A stretch of 64,000 nucleotides of DNA from Malacoraja senta (GCA_038087875.1 CM075989.1:2542001-2606000), one strand, 5' to 3'. Positions 38,196 through 51,667 are shown, counted from the stretch's first letter. A program made the numbers and translations. Notes: a model not told the origin generated them from the sequence alone.

Positions 38196-38790
38196 CCAGA
38201 CCAAGTGCAGCCCCGTTGGGTCTGCTTCCCCAACGCAAGATTCCACCACACACCCGTTCCCCCAATGCAAGCCGTTCCCCCAGCGCGGTATTGGACCACT
38301 CAGGCATAGCCCCCAACTGCGCATCTTTCTTTCCAGCCGTGGCTTTTTTTTCGGCCGCGGGCTCGTCTCTCACTCCAGCTCGAGCACCAGGCTCGGCTCC
38401 AGCCAGGCCCCGTGGCACCACCTTCGCCACCAGATGTCGGGCGCCGCCAGCCGGCGCACGAGCGCTGGAGTGCCCCTCCCTCCCGGAGTGTCCCGTCCTG
38501 CCTTGCGAGTCCATTGAGACGTCACTCAGGTTTTTTTTCCGAAATGGGTGAGTTTTCTGGCTTTTTAAAAAACTTTAAATGATTTAAAAGTGCGGACATA
38601 TAGGTGGGAATGCGACGGGAAGATGTTTATCGCCTCGACGGGAAAAATGTGAGTAGAATGTGTGAAAATGGGAAGGCTGTGGCCTAGTGTTTTGGAACAA
38701 AATAGGAAAATAGAAATTGGCACACACACAGACAGCCACAAACAAGACAAAGTGTTTTAGTCATAGTATAGATAGATAGATATAGATAGA
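38196..38790 (-). mobile_element. Non-autonomous Helitron
   Basis: Minus strand starts TC, ends CTGG (CTRR) after the GCAGACCC-AAC-GGGGCTGC hairpin; sits between A and T of a CR1 (GGAGA|TGTGCAG) with no TSD. Confidence 0.88.
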
Positions 38791-39047
38791 TGTGCAGTAG
38801 CAAGTTTTTTTTACGCAGAGGGAGGTAGGTGGCTGGAATGGGCTCTCACAGGTGGTGGTGGAAGCAGATACAATGGTGATAATTAAGATGCTTTTAGATA
38901 GGCACATGGAGATGCAGGGAATGGAGGGATATGGATGAAGGGCAGGCAGAGGACTTGGCATTATCTTCGGCATGGACATTGTGGGCCAAAGGGCCTGTTT
39001 GTTTTGTTTTTTAGTTTAGAGATACAGGCATTTTCGGCCCACTGATT

Positions 39048-41755
39048 CTTTTTTAAAAATTTTTTATTTTTATTTATTGGAAGTACATTACATTACAACC
39101 AATTACATTAGTACTCATCACGTATATCTTATTACAATTAATGTACTCCGTCATTTTTTACACTGATAAAAAGGAAAGGTTGAGATTAAGAAAAAAGAGA
39201 AAGTGAAGGAAAATAGTGAAGGTGTAAAAACGTGACAACAGGAAAGAACAGAGACCCTGTAGAAAAGAAATTAAAAAGAAAGGATTAAGAGATAGACCCT
39301 AAAGAAGAAAAAAAAGAGAAAGAGGAAAAAAGAGAAAAACAAATACTTTGTTATAAGCATCACGCAAATGGGATATACCAACTCTCCAGCTTTCATCCCC
39401 CTTTACCTGACCTCAGTTTTTTTTTTAAAGTACTTTTGCACCCTATACTTGTAATAATTCTATAAATGCAGACCACGTCAGGTGGAAGTGATCTGGTTTA
39501 CCTGCCAGGAGGAGTCTTATCTCTTCCAGGTGTAATGTTTCAAACATATTTGAAATCCACATGTTTATAGTTGGTATTGGAGCGTTTTCCCAGAATTTTA
39601 GGATTAACTTTTTTCCAGTTATTAACCCGTAATCTATTAATTTCTTTTGAAACACATTTAGTTCAGGACTATCTTCCGTAGTTCCGAAGATAATCCATTC
39701 TGCTTTTGGTATCAGTTTTATTTTAAATAATTTTGTAAAGATTTCAAAAATTTAAATCCAAAATTTTTGGATTTTTGTACAAAAAACAAATGAGTGCGCT
39801 ATAGTAGCTTCTTGAGATTGATATTTATCACAAATGGATGTTACATTGGGGAAAATTTTATTAATTTTAGTTTTTGAATAATATAATCTATGTAAAATTT
39901 TAAATTGTATTAAAGTGTGTCTTACATTAATCGAACATTTATACACGTTTAATAAATGTTCATTCCACCTTTCCTTTGAGATTTTAATAGCTAATTCTTG
40001 TTCCCAGTCTCTTCTAATACCTTCCGTAGATGGTATTTCTACATTTAAGATAATATCATACAAATATGATATTAAGTTTGCTGATTCAGCTTTTATCTGC
40101 ATTGCTTCATCCAATACATCTGCTGGGATATTATAATGATCTTTTGTATATTTTTTCAAATAGTCACATATTTGAAAATATTTAAAATATTGATTATTTC
40201 CCAGTTTATATTTTATTTGTAATTGTTGGAATGATAGTAATTTTCCATTTTCATACAAGTCACCGAACGTTTTAATTCCTAGTCTATCCCATTGTGTAAA
40301 AGATTTGTCTGTAATAGAAGGATTAAACGAAGGGTTATTAACTATTGGAGATAAAAGCGATAGATTTCTTAATTTTAAATTTTGTTTTATTTGTTTCCAA
40401 GTTCTGATTGTACTATGTATAATTGGGTTTTTGTTATAATTTATGTTATTCAGTTTCATTGGTGAGAGGAAGGTCGCTCCAATATTACCAGAGGAGCAGT
40501 CCTCTCTCTCCATTACAATCCAGTCCACTTGCTGGGCAGAGTTGTCCATCAGTTGGATCATATTTTTAATATTTACTGACCAATAATAATACATGAAGTT
40601 AGGGAGTGCTAAGCTTTGTTCAAGTGTGTTCTTTGTATTCTATGGGATTTATAATCCCATATAAAATTAATAATGTCTGAGTCCAATTAAAAAAAAAACT
40701 TATTTGGTAGGTATATAGGAATCAATTGAAATAGGTATAGAATTTGTGGTAAGAAGATCATTTTTATTGCATTTATTCGGCCTATTAAAGACATCGGAAG
40801 CGTTTTCCAAAATGTAATTAATGTATTTAATATATTAAGTAGAGGATCAAAATTTGCTTTGAACATGCCTTGATATGTTCTGGTGATTTCAATACCCAAG
40901 TATTTAAATTTTTCTGTAGCTATTTTAAAAGGGAATTTTAAAAGATGTGTTGAGTCTTTTGGTTTTATTGACATAATTTCACTTTTATTCCAATTTATTC
41001 CAGAAAAGGATCCAAGGTCCTCAATTAGATTTAGTATGTTTGGTATAGTAATTTGAGGTTTTGTAATGTACAATAATATATCATCCGCGTATAAAGATAT
41101 TTTATTATTTGAGTATTTAGTTTTATACCCATAGATATCTGGATGTGTTCTAATTTTTTCTGCGAAAGGTTCAATTATGAGAGCAAACAACTGTGGTGAT
41201 AATGAGCATCCTTGTCTGTTTCCCCTTGATAGTTGAAATTTCGAGGATAATATGTTATTAGTTAGTATTCTAGCTGTAGGTTTATTATATAATAATTTAA
41301 TCCATAAAATAAAATTCTCTCCTAGTTGGAATTTTTGTAATACTTTATCCATATAATTCCATTCTACTTGGTCAAATGCTTTTTCAGCATCCAACGAAAT
41401 AATTGATAATTCTTGTTCTTCAATTTTGTGTGAGTGCATTATATTGAGTAGACGTCTAATATATTATTAGATGAATATCTCTTAGGGATAAACCCGTCTG
41501 ATCTGGGTTTATTAATTTACTAATATATTTACTTAATCTTCTAGCTAATGTTTTCGCTAATATTTTTTGAGCTGTATTTAACAATGCTATAGCTCTATAT
41601 AAACCCGGTTCTTCTATATCTTTGTCTTTTTTAAGTATTAGTGTGATCATTGATTCAGCTAATGTATCAGGTAATATTTGTTTTTTAAAAGCATATTGAT
41701 ACATTTTTTGTAACCATGGTATAATTTTGTCATAAAAGCTTTTATAAAATTCATT
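39048..41755 (-). mobile_element. 5'-truncated L1-clade LINE (ORF2 RT and C-terminus, 3'UTR, A-rich tail) inside an HE1 SINE
   Basis: NEFYKSF, YRAIALLN, SLDAEKAFDQVEW, RGNRQGCSLSP, LYADD, KYLGI, YYWSV, FKILHRLY; TSD GGCCCACTGATT at 39036-47 and 41756-67. Confidence 0.96.
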
Positions 41756-42146
41756 GGCCCACTGATTTTGTACAACAAGCGATCCCCACACATTAACACA
41801 ACCCCGCACACACAGGGGACAATTTTACATTTACTCCAAACCAATAAACCCACGCTGGTTACGGGGAGAACATACAAACTCTGTACAGACAAGCACCCGT
41901 AGTCAGGATCGAACCTGAATCTCTGGCGCTGTAAGGCAGTAGTTCTACCGCTGTGCATTCTATGAGGGAGCTGAATATATGCCATTGGCTACAAGTTCTA
42001 AACATGGAGGTTAATAAATTAGCCTAGGCAATATTCTGCAAATTATGGGCAGGAAATAAATGTCAGATGACAAAATATGTATTGGGTTTTCCTCTCACTA
42101 TCCCATAATGCAGTAGCACACTTCCAATAAGCAAGCTCAAATCTTC

Positions 42147-42918
42147 ATGGAATTAAGAAAGGATGTACTGGCCCTGGAGGCAGTGCAGCGAAGGTTTACA
42201 AGATTAATTCCTGCAATGAGGGGATTGACATATGAGGAAAGGTTAAGTAGGCTGGAACTCTACTCTTTGGAGTTTAGAAGAATGAGAGGCGATCTCATTG
42301 AAACATATAAGATCGTGAGGGGCCTTGATCGGGTGGATGCACCGAGGATGTTCCCAATGATCGGGGAAACTAGAACTAGGGGACATAGTTGTAGAATAAG
42401 AGGGGGCTCTTTTAAAACTGAGATGAGGAAGAACTTCTTCACCCAGAGGGTGGTTAATTTATGGAATTCACTGCCCCAGGGAGCAGTGGAAGCAGAAACA
42501 TTAAATATATTTAAGTCAAAAATAGATGGTTTTTTAGCTGCCAAGGGGATAAGGGGCTATGGGGAGAGGGCAGGGATATGGACCTAGGTATGGTTAGTAT
42601 AGTAAGACCTGAGTGATCTCCTGGACAAGTGTCGATCGCCTGGATTGGGGTCGGAGAGGAATTTCCCGGATTTTTTTCCCGAATTGGACATGGGTTTTTA
42701 TCCGGTTTTTGCCTCCCCCAGGAGATCACGCGGTTCTTGGGGTGGAGAGGGGTGATAGCGATATAAAGGGGAGGGTAGTGTCTTGTGTTCTGTGTCTTGT
42801 GTCTACTGTTTGTGGGTAAGGGTGTCTGTTTAGTGTTCAGCCATGAGCGAATGGCGGTGCGGGCTCGATGGGCCTGGTGGTCTACTCTCGCACCTACTTT
42901 CTATGTTTCTATGTTTCT
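42147..42918 (+). mobile_element. CR1 LINE 3' fragment with an extended 3'UTR
   Basis: Open 146-aa frame LEAVQRRFTRLIP...RGDLIETYKI...FFTQRVVNLWNSLP; (TTTCTATG)n tail. Confidence 0.93.
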
Positions 42919-44403
42919 AAAGAGATGGAAGATAACTAAGTGTGTCTGGAAGGCTGTAATTTATATATTTTGAATAGCTGAGCTTCTGCCATTGAAGTTA
43001 AAGTAAATGTTAAAGACCTGGCATGGTGGAAGAGGAACAAGGCAGTTACATGCTGACTGAAAGAAGACCCTTCAAAATTCTGTTTAATTCTTGCTGTATC
43101 GCAAAGGAAACTGTGCCTTTGTGGGATATTAAGGGCATCAGTTAACGCTCAGCATCACCAAGAAGAGATGCTACAACTGGCAAAATTCCCCAACCAACTT
43201 CAGTGTAAATCCTTTCCTCATTGTAATTGCTCCTGTTCATTTTCATTTTCTCGGTGTGTGTCATAGAGTCATAGTTATAGAGTGATACAGCATGGAAACT
43301 GGCCCAACTTGCCCGCACCAGCCAACATGTCCGAGCTACACTTGTCCGCGTTTGGCCCATATCCCTCCAAACCTGTCCTATCCATGTACCTGTCTAATTG
43401 TTTCTTAAATGTTGGGATAGTCCCTGCCTCAACCACCTCCTCTGGCAGCTTGCCAGTGGCTAGTTCAAGGACCCAGATCCCTGCAGAGTTCCTCCACCTC
43501 ACCCACCTTGCTGTTCCTCAGATGCTTTTACTAACTTTTGCTGAGCTTGGCACCAGTGAAAGGTCTACCTGACCCAATGCCACCTCTTTGCCCAGATCCT
43601 GGTGGCATTGGCCATGATGTTCATAGGTTCATAAGTCCTAGGAGCACAATTAGGCCATTCAGCCCATCAAGTCTATTCCGCCATTCAGTCAGGACTGATT
43701 TATCTTACCATCTCAACGCATTCTCCTGTCTTCTCCCAATAATCTCTAACACCCTTACTAATCAAGAATCTGTCAATCTCCATCTTAAAAATATCCATTG
43801 ACTTGGTCTCCTCAGCCTTCTGTGGCAATGAGTTCCGCAGATTCACCACTCTCTGACTAAAGAAGTTCCTCCTCATCTTCTTTCTAAAGGTACAACCTTT
43901 TATTCTGAGCCAATGGCCTTTGGTCATAGATGTTAATGATATAAGGGTGCAGTGAAACTGGTGAACCTGCACTGTAATATTGTCTACTGCTGAAGTGTAG
44001 TTCTGGGTCGGCATAGCAGTGCAGCCGATAGAACTGCTGCCTCACAACGATGTGCGGGGTTGTAGGTTAATTGGCATCTGCAAAATTGCCCCTGGTGTGT
44101 CGAAAGAGTATGCAAAAGTGGAATAACATTGAATTGAAAAATCAGTATTGAAACAGACCCAACAGCTGACTGGGTCCACACTGATTATCCACCATCCGCT
44201 CACGCTAGTCTTTGTTGTGCCACTTTTGCACACACTCCCAACACACAAGGGCTAATTTACAAAGCCAATTATCCTACAAACCCGCAGAACTTTGGAAGAT
44301 GGGAGAAAACTGGAGAGCCCAGAGGAAATCCATGTGGTCACATGCAAACTCAACACAGGCAGTTCCCGAGGACAGGATCGAACCGGGGTCTCTGGCACTG
44401 TAA

Positions 44404-45007
44404 AGGGCCTGCCCACTTGGGCATCATTTACGCGACAGGCCGGTAGTGACTGACGCACGACTGTGGCGCGAAAATCGTCTAGCAGTACGACAGTCGCGCG
44501 CCAAGTGCTCTTGAGGGCCCTGCTTGTTTTGGGAGCCATTTGCGATGTCATTCGTGGCAAGGATTTTCCCAGTGAAAAATTTTCAAAACTACGTGCGCTT
44601 TATACCCGGGTGGTCACGTGGTGCGGCGCTCAAATGACGCGCAAATGGCGCGCCGACGGCGTACGGGCGGCGCATGGTTACATACTGTCGTGATGAGCAC
44701 ATGGTTACATATCGCCACGGTGAAGCATAATAAATTAGCATAGGCAATGTTCGTGCGTCACCATGCATAACCATGCATCACCACGCGCTACACGTATGCC
44801 GTCAGTACGTCAGAGTACGCAAGGGATACGTCACGCAGGTGGCGTGCGAGGATTTTGAGCCACCGCACGTTGAGGCATCGCACGTTACCGCGAGTCACTG
44901 CATACGCTCGTCACGTCTCACCACGCGCCATGCGATCGTCACGATGCGCCAACTTTTAGCCTGTCGCGTAAATGACGAGCAAATGACGCCCAAGTGGGAC
45001 TGGTCCT
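44404..45007. mobile_element. PIF/Harbinger-type MITE, CpG-rich, inside a minus-strand HE1 SINE
   Basis: AGGGCCTGCCCACTTGGGCATCATTT...AAATGACGCCCAAGTGGGACTGGTCCT; flanks TAA/TGA. Confidence 0.88.
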
Positions 45008-48000
45008 TGAGGCAGCAGGTCTACCAGCTGTGCCACTGGGTCACCATGGAATTAGAACTAGTGTGAATGGATGATTAATGGTTTGCATGGATTGGTTGGG
45101 CCGAAGGGCCTGCTTCCATGCTGTATCTTTCAACCAATCAAAACAAAGTGGATTAGCTTGAATTGTGATCATTCATTTATTACTGTGACATGCACGGAGA
45201 TACAGTGAGAAGGTTTGTTTATGCGCTCTCCCGACAAATCATACATAATACAATCAATCTGTCAACAAATACAACAGGTAGTGGAAAGATAAAATACCAG
45301 AGTGCAGAATATGGTGTTACAGCATTATTGAGTTAATTACAGAGAAAACGCAGATTAAATAACAAGCAAGTCTGCAATGAGGTAGTTTGGGAGATCAGGA
45401 CCACAGAGGGGAAGAATCTGGTCCTGAGTCTGGTGGTATGTGTTTTCAAGATTTTGTATCTCCTGCCCAACAGGAGAGGAAATAACTGGGATGAAAACAG
45501 TTAGAACATAGAACATGAAACAGTACAGCACAGGAACAGGCCCTTCGGCCCACAATGTCTATGCTGAACATGATGCCAAGATAAACTAGTCTCGTCAGCC
45601 TGCACATGATCCACATCCTTACACTTCCCGCATGTCCATGCGCCTATCTAAAAACCTCTAAAAGTTTTTGATTATGTTGCCGTCTTTCCTGAGACAGGGT
45701 GAAGTGTAGATGGAGTCAATGGTGGGGAGTTAGATCTGTATCGGACCGGGCTACATCAACAGTTCTCTGCAGTTTCTTGCGATCTTGGGCAGCTTTTGCG
45801 AAACCAAGCTGTGATGAATTCCGATCGAACGCCTTCTATGGAACTTCTGTAGTTCCATGCACTCATCGCACCTCAGAAAAGCTGAGGCTAACTTTGTGGA
45901 GCAACCTTCAATCCCTACCTCTTGCCAATCCCAAAATATTGCTCCACCACTGGTCCACTTCTAAATCCTAAGTCCATTTCAAAACCTACCTATTTGAGTG
46001 CTTTGGATCAAAACACAAAGTGCTGGAAGAACTCAGTGGGTCGGGCAGCATCAGTGGAAGGAATAGACAGGTGATGTTTTGGGTTAGGCCCCTTTTTCAG
46101 CCTGAAAATCATCGCTCTTCATATCACCATGGGAGCTTCAGAGACAAACCTTGATGGCTTCTCTGCAAACTGCCTTCAGAAGTGTTGCCGTGTTCAACCG
46201 CTATTTCAACATAATGCTATTTTAGCTGCAATAAAATGCACCAAGCATCTTCATTGTATGACAAAACAAAACTAGAAATGGATAGGAAAGAACTGAGATG
46301 CCAGTTTATACCAAATACAGGCATAAAGTGCTGGAGTAATTCAGCGGGTCAGGCAGCATCTCTGGAGAAAGGGAATAGGTGACGTTTCGGATCGAGGTCC
46401 TCCTTAAGACTACTAATGGATCTATTTCAGGATGGACAGCCAAAGGTTTGGCTAAAACAATCTATTTTTAGGAGCACATTAAAGGAGAAACAAAGGCAAA
46501 AATGTTGGGAAGGGGATTCCTGGAGTGTAAGGCACTGCTGTCAATGTGCAATGGTACAATGGTTTCATCATATTCGCAGGTACCAGGTACAGTGAAATAC
46601 ATTTTTGCATTCAGCTGGTGGTGAAACAATCAAAATCAGGGAAGCTCAAAAGAAATGAGTGATTGCGGTGGTGTAGAGGGAAGAGACCATCAGGAAATTG
46701 AAAATAATGCATGATAACGATGCCACAAATGGAAGTTTGTGGAATGATACAGCAGGAAGACAGACCCTTCAGCCCACCACGCACACCATTAGGCCCCCAT
46801 GTACACTGATCCTATACTCATCCCATGTTTCATGAACATGATGCTAAGTTAAACCAATCTCCTTGCCTGCATTTGATCCATATTCCTCCATTCCCTGCAT
46901 AACAACGTGCTTATCTAAAAGCCTCTTAAATGCCACTATCGTATCTGCTTCCACCACCACCCCTGGCAGTGTGTTCCAGGCACCCACCTCCCTCTGTGTA
47001 AAAAATGCTTCCCCACACATCTCCTTTAAACTTTGTCCCTTTCACATCAAATCTAGTCATTGACATTTCCACCCTGGGACATTGGTTCTGATTGTCTACC
47101 CCATCAATGGCTCTCTCAACTTTATATCATTCTCTCAGGTCTCCCCTCACCCTCTGATGCTCCAGTGAAAGCAATCTAGGTTTGTCCATGCATTAGGGTC
47201 TGAAGACAGGTCTCGACCCGGAACGTCATCTATTCCTTTTCTCCACGATGCTGCCTGTCCCGCTGAGTTACTCCAGCATTTTGTGTCTATCTTCTTTCAA
47301 CTCCCCCAGATTCTGTAACTTATCTACGCTAGAGGCAGGTTGTGGTGACCAATTAACCTTTCAATGTGCATCTTTGGGATGTGGGAGGAAGCTGGAGCAC
47401 CTAAAGGAAACCCACACATCAGGAGAAACTTCTCCCTGTGAGCTACTGACACATGGAGCGCCCGAGGTCAGGATCGAACCGGGGTCTCTGGAACTGCTGG
47501 GCAGCGGCTCGACTAGCTGTGCCACTCTACCATCAGAGTTCCCGCCGTAACCATCCTGTGCTCATTGGAACCAAAACAGAAAAGCGCCAAGATACAGTCA
47601 GGTGCACCTTTTCGATTTGATTCTCTCCAGGGGAGAGGAGAAAGGAAATGCAGTTGAGCCAACTCTTCTGTCTGTGTCAAGAAGATGGATGAGCGAACGG
47701 AACAACTCATTGATTCATATTCAGCCCAGCTTTGGCATCCAGTCAATGGGAAACATTGTCTGCTCATCGCTCTTGGATTAATCACTGTCCAATGCCACCA
47801 CTGAAGGGTCAATTGGATCAAAAGCTCAGGATCAAGATCGTCCAAATCTGCCAGGGCCTCACTGACAATTATTATGTTTGCACCTGAGTTATAGTTTGTA
47901 ACTGATGGCAGCAGAGTAATTTCTCACACAGGACTGTCCAATAACACTTTGTTGATCTGCTACAGTTGAAGGTGAGAATACTGCGGGATTAAGGCAGGAA

Positions 48001-48054
48001 CACTGATAATCCTGGGTCACTTCAGGTCCTTGGCTCCACTAATACTGTTGGGTA

Positions 48055-50010
48055 TCACAACTTGGTTTGCGAACAGCTCTGCCCAAGAGCAAGAGATTGC
48101 AGAGAATTGTAGACATAGCCCGGTCCATCACACAGACCAGGCTTCCCACCATTGACTCCATCTACACTTCACGCTGCCTCTAAAAAGCAGCCAATGTAAT
48201 CAAAGACATCCCATCCTGGTCATTCCTTCTTCTCCCCACTCCTGTTGGGCAAAAGGAACAGAAGCTTAAATGTGCACACCATTTGATGGACGGAAATCCC
48301 GGGTGGGATGGGTGGGACATGTCCCTTCCGTGTTTGAGAGGTGGGGGACAATCCCCCCCTGTTTTGTAATCCGGACTTTGAAATTTGGTTTAAAAAAATC
48401 TATTAAAATCTCCGCTTTCTGCAAGACTGTGACCTGAATCCGGAGGCTCAGCCGCGGGCCTGGTGGACGACATCGTCGGGAGCTCGCAGGTCACAGGTGG
48501 GTGACCTGTTTTTCTGGGGCTCCCGCAACTACAGCCGCGTCCGCTGGACTGGAGGGCGGCAGCTTCGGCCAACCCGGGCCGCGGAGTTTGAACCGGCCCG
48601 TCGCGGAGCGGAGCACGGATTCAGCCGCGGGACTGACTTGCCATCACCCGGCGGGGTCACAGCGTCAGAAGCCTGGATCGCCTCAGCGCAGAGGGAGAAC
48701 AAAGAGGGAAGAGACAGAGACTTTAAGACTTTTGCCTCCATCACAGTGAGGAGGTGCCTGGTGAACTCATTGTGGTGGATGTTAATTTGTGTTTATTGTG
48801 TGTTTTGTTATTTATTATATGTATGACTGCAGGCAACGAAATTTCGTTCAGACCGAAAGGTCTGAATGACAATAAAGGAATCTATGTCTAAGTCTAAGTC
48901 ACTGTTAAGCGCTTGTTAAATGTCTCTATTAACATCGTATTAACACGATGTGTCACCAATTATGTTTTGACCTTCAAGTATTACTGAAGGTATTCACGGA
49001 AAATTTCTTAAAGCTGTCTGATGCGGGTACAATTACCATTTGAACTAATTTAATGTATTGGTGGATGGGAAAGATTTAAACGGGTATCGGATTTAAACGG
49101 GTCAGGTCATTAAGGGCTCCGGTCGAACGGGTTTCCTGGCTGGCTTGCAGGTGAGTCCATCATTCACGGTCACTCACGTTACTTAGTATTTTTTTCCCAT
49201 CTCTCTCTCTCCCCTCCAAGGTTAGTTCTTCTGTTTGCCTTTATTTGCTTCAGTTTTATTTGTTTAAGTGTTATTCATCACAAAGTAGCTTTTCAAAGAT
49301 TCAAGCGGGTATCAGATGCTTTCTAAGAGTTGAATCGGCCCGTTCGCTGGGCCTTTCATCGCCCGGCGCGGCTTAAAATCGATCGCAGAATCTTCCATCG
49401 CCCCATGGTCAGGCAGTCAAACTGCCGTGTCGAGGCGAGTGAGGCTCCCGATGTTGAAGCTCCCGCTGGCCGATTTTAAGCCATGCCGGGCGATAAAAGG
49501 CCCCGCGAACGGACCGATTCAAGCCCCACGATTCGGGGCGGACAAAGCTGTTGTTGCTGAAGTTTGGAGTCAGTCACCAACCAGGTCAGCTCCCGATGTT
49601 ACCATGCACGGGGTCCACGGCCGAAGCCTCCGAAGCCTCGCATGTGTGTGTGTGTGTGTGTGTGTGCGTGTGTGGTCACCAAGAAATTGTGTCCCCCCCA
49701 TGTTTTGATAGTGATTTCTGCCCCTAACACCATCAGCCTCAGGAACAGCTTTATCCCTTCTGTTATCAAGCTCCTTCCGTTAGCTAAGGTACTGTCAGAT
49801 TCACCTCCAACCCATTGTGAACTTTGGACTTAGTTGATGGAACTGATGCGCTACAATGCTGAGAACTATATTCTGCACTCTGCATCTATCTCCCCCTTCG
49901 CTCTACCTATTGCACTTGTGTTTGGCCTAATTGTATTTAGGTACAGTATTATCTGACCACATGGGATTGCATGTAAAACAATTCTTGTACCAAAGACATA
50001 CAGATTTGTA
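48055..50010 (+). mobile_element. Rex1/Babar LINE 3' end interrupted by a hAT-like element
   Basis: RLQRIVDIARSITQTRLPTIDSIYTSRCL...HPGHSFFSPL..., resuming at 49735 with LRNSFIPSVIKLL. Confidence 0.85.
48284..49726. mobile_element. hAT-like non-autonomous DNA transposon, 8-bp TSD, with a nested Rex-tailed insert (~48410-48900)
   Basis: ACACCATT (48276-83) and ACACCATC (49727-34); degenerate TIR GGACGGAAATC vs GATTTCTGCCCC; GGGGGAC/GTCCCCC subterminal motifs. Confidence 0.75.
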
Positions 50011-50017
50011 CACATAC

Positions 50018-50592
50018 AGAAATGCTACACTTGTCGCTTTACCTCCCCCCTCGACTCCATCCAAGGACCCAAGCAGTCTTTCCAGGTGAGGCAGAGGTTC
50101 ACCAGCACCTCCTCCAATCTCATCTACTGCATCTGCTGTTCCGGTTGTCAACTTCTCTACATCGGTGAGACCAAGCGCAGGCCTCCGCTCGGTCTGCAAT
50201 AACAAACCTGATTTCCCAGTGGCTCAGCACTTCAATTCCCCCTCCCATTCTGAATCCGACCTTTCTGTCCTGTGCCTCTTCCATTGCCAGAGTGAGGCCC
50301 AGCACAAATTGGAGGATCAGCACCTCACATTTCGCTTGGGTAGTTTACACCCCAGTGGTATGAACATTGACCTCCAATTTCAGATAGTCCTTGCTTTCTC
50401 CCTTCTTCCCCTCCCCTTCCCAGCTCTCCCACAAGCCCACTGTCTCCGCCTCTTCCTTTCTTTTTCCCGTCCCCCCCCCCCCCCCCCACATCAGTCTGAA
50501 GAAGGGTCTCGAACCCGAAACGTCACCTAATCCTTCTCACCATAGATGCTGCCTCACCCGCTATGTTTCTCCAGCATTTTTTGTCTACCTTC
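50018..50592 (+). mobile_element. Penelope-like element 3' part (GIY-YIG plus pLTR)
   Basis: NLIYCI, LYIGETKRR, PVAQHFNSPSH, KLEDQHLTFRLGSLHPSGMN. Confidence 0.9.
50493..50528 (+). ncRNA. Minimal type I hammerhead ribozyme motif in a PLE pLTR (best-preserved copy)
   Basis: CTGAAGA-A-GGGT(CTCGA)ACCC-GAA-ACGT-C: CUGANGA and GAAA cores, stem II, palindromic ACGT stem III, GUC cleavage triplet. Confidence 0.7.
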
Positions 50593-51667
50593 AGATTTGT
50601 AGGTTCATTAGCATGGTGTAAATGTTCAAAAATGTCCCTATGTCTGTAGGGTAGTATTAATGTGTGAGGATCGCTGGTCGGTGGGCTGAAGGGCCTGTTT
50701 CCATGCTGTATCTAAACTAAACTAAACTAAAGGTGAGCATAATAAATGTAAACCTAATTCAGTTCAACAACAAAGAGAGAAATGGGACAAAAGTAAGATT
50801 TCCTCCTATTCCTAAAAAGACACAAAGTGCTGGAATAACTCAGCAGGTCAGGCAGCATCACTGGAGGAAATGGATAGGTAATGTTTCGTGTCAGGACCCT
50901 TCTTCAGCCCTATCTGTCAAGTTACTCCAGCACTCTGCATCCTTTTGTGTAAACACGCACCTGCAATTCCTTCTTTCTACATTCTTCCTATTCTGTGGGC
51001 AACCTGTCTGGTGGTGACTCTTTATGCGCTGGTCCCGGCAATGGATCTGTTCTCATTCATGACAACTGCTCCACTCTCTTAACTCGTTCTTTATTCCCTT
51101 CATTCTGTATCTGTACACTGCGGAAGGCTTGATTGTAATCGTGTATAATATTTTTGCTGACTGGTTAGCACTCAACAAAAAATCTGTACACTGTACCTTG
51201 GTACATGTGACAATAAATTAAACTAGTCACAAAATGCTGTAGTAACTCAGCGGGACAGGCAGCATCTCTGGAGAGAAGGAATGGGTGACGTTTAGAAGGG
51301 TCTCGACCCATTCCTTCTCTCCAGAGATACTGCCTGTCCCGCAGAGTTACTCCAGCATTTTGTGTCTACCTTCGATTTTAAACCAGCATCAGCAGTTCTT
51401 TCCTAAACTAAACTAGACAGCACTAGCACACCCAACACAGTTTAAGCCCTCATAAGGAATGATCTCCAGGGAGTCAGCATTTAATTCAATGGACCTGAAT
51501 TCACTGAAAGGTCAACAAGATGACATGGATCAAGTGTTTGATTAATGGTTCGCACTCCACCCAGCATTATTGATGAATTGATATTTAATTTGTATGTAAA
51601 CGCAACATAAAATAGATAGAGAGAGAGGAACTGTGATTTCAGATCGGGCATCACATAGAAGGAGTAA

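Noticed and set aside
44404..45007. CpG-island promoter (also 38340-38520 and 48410-49640)
   Set aside because: CpG-rich stretches fall within transposon boundaries.
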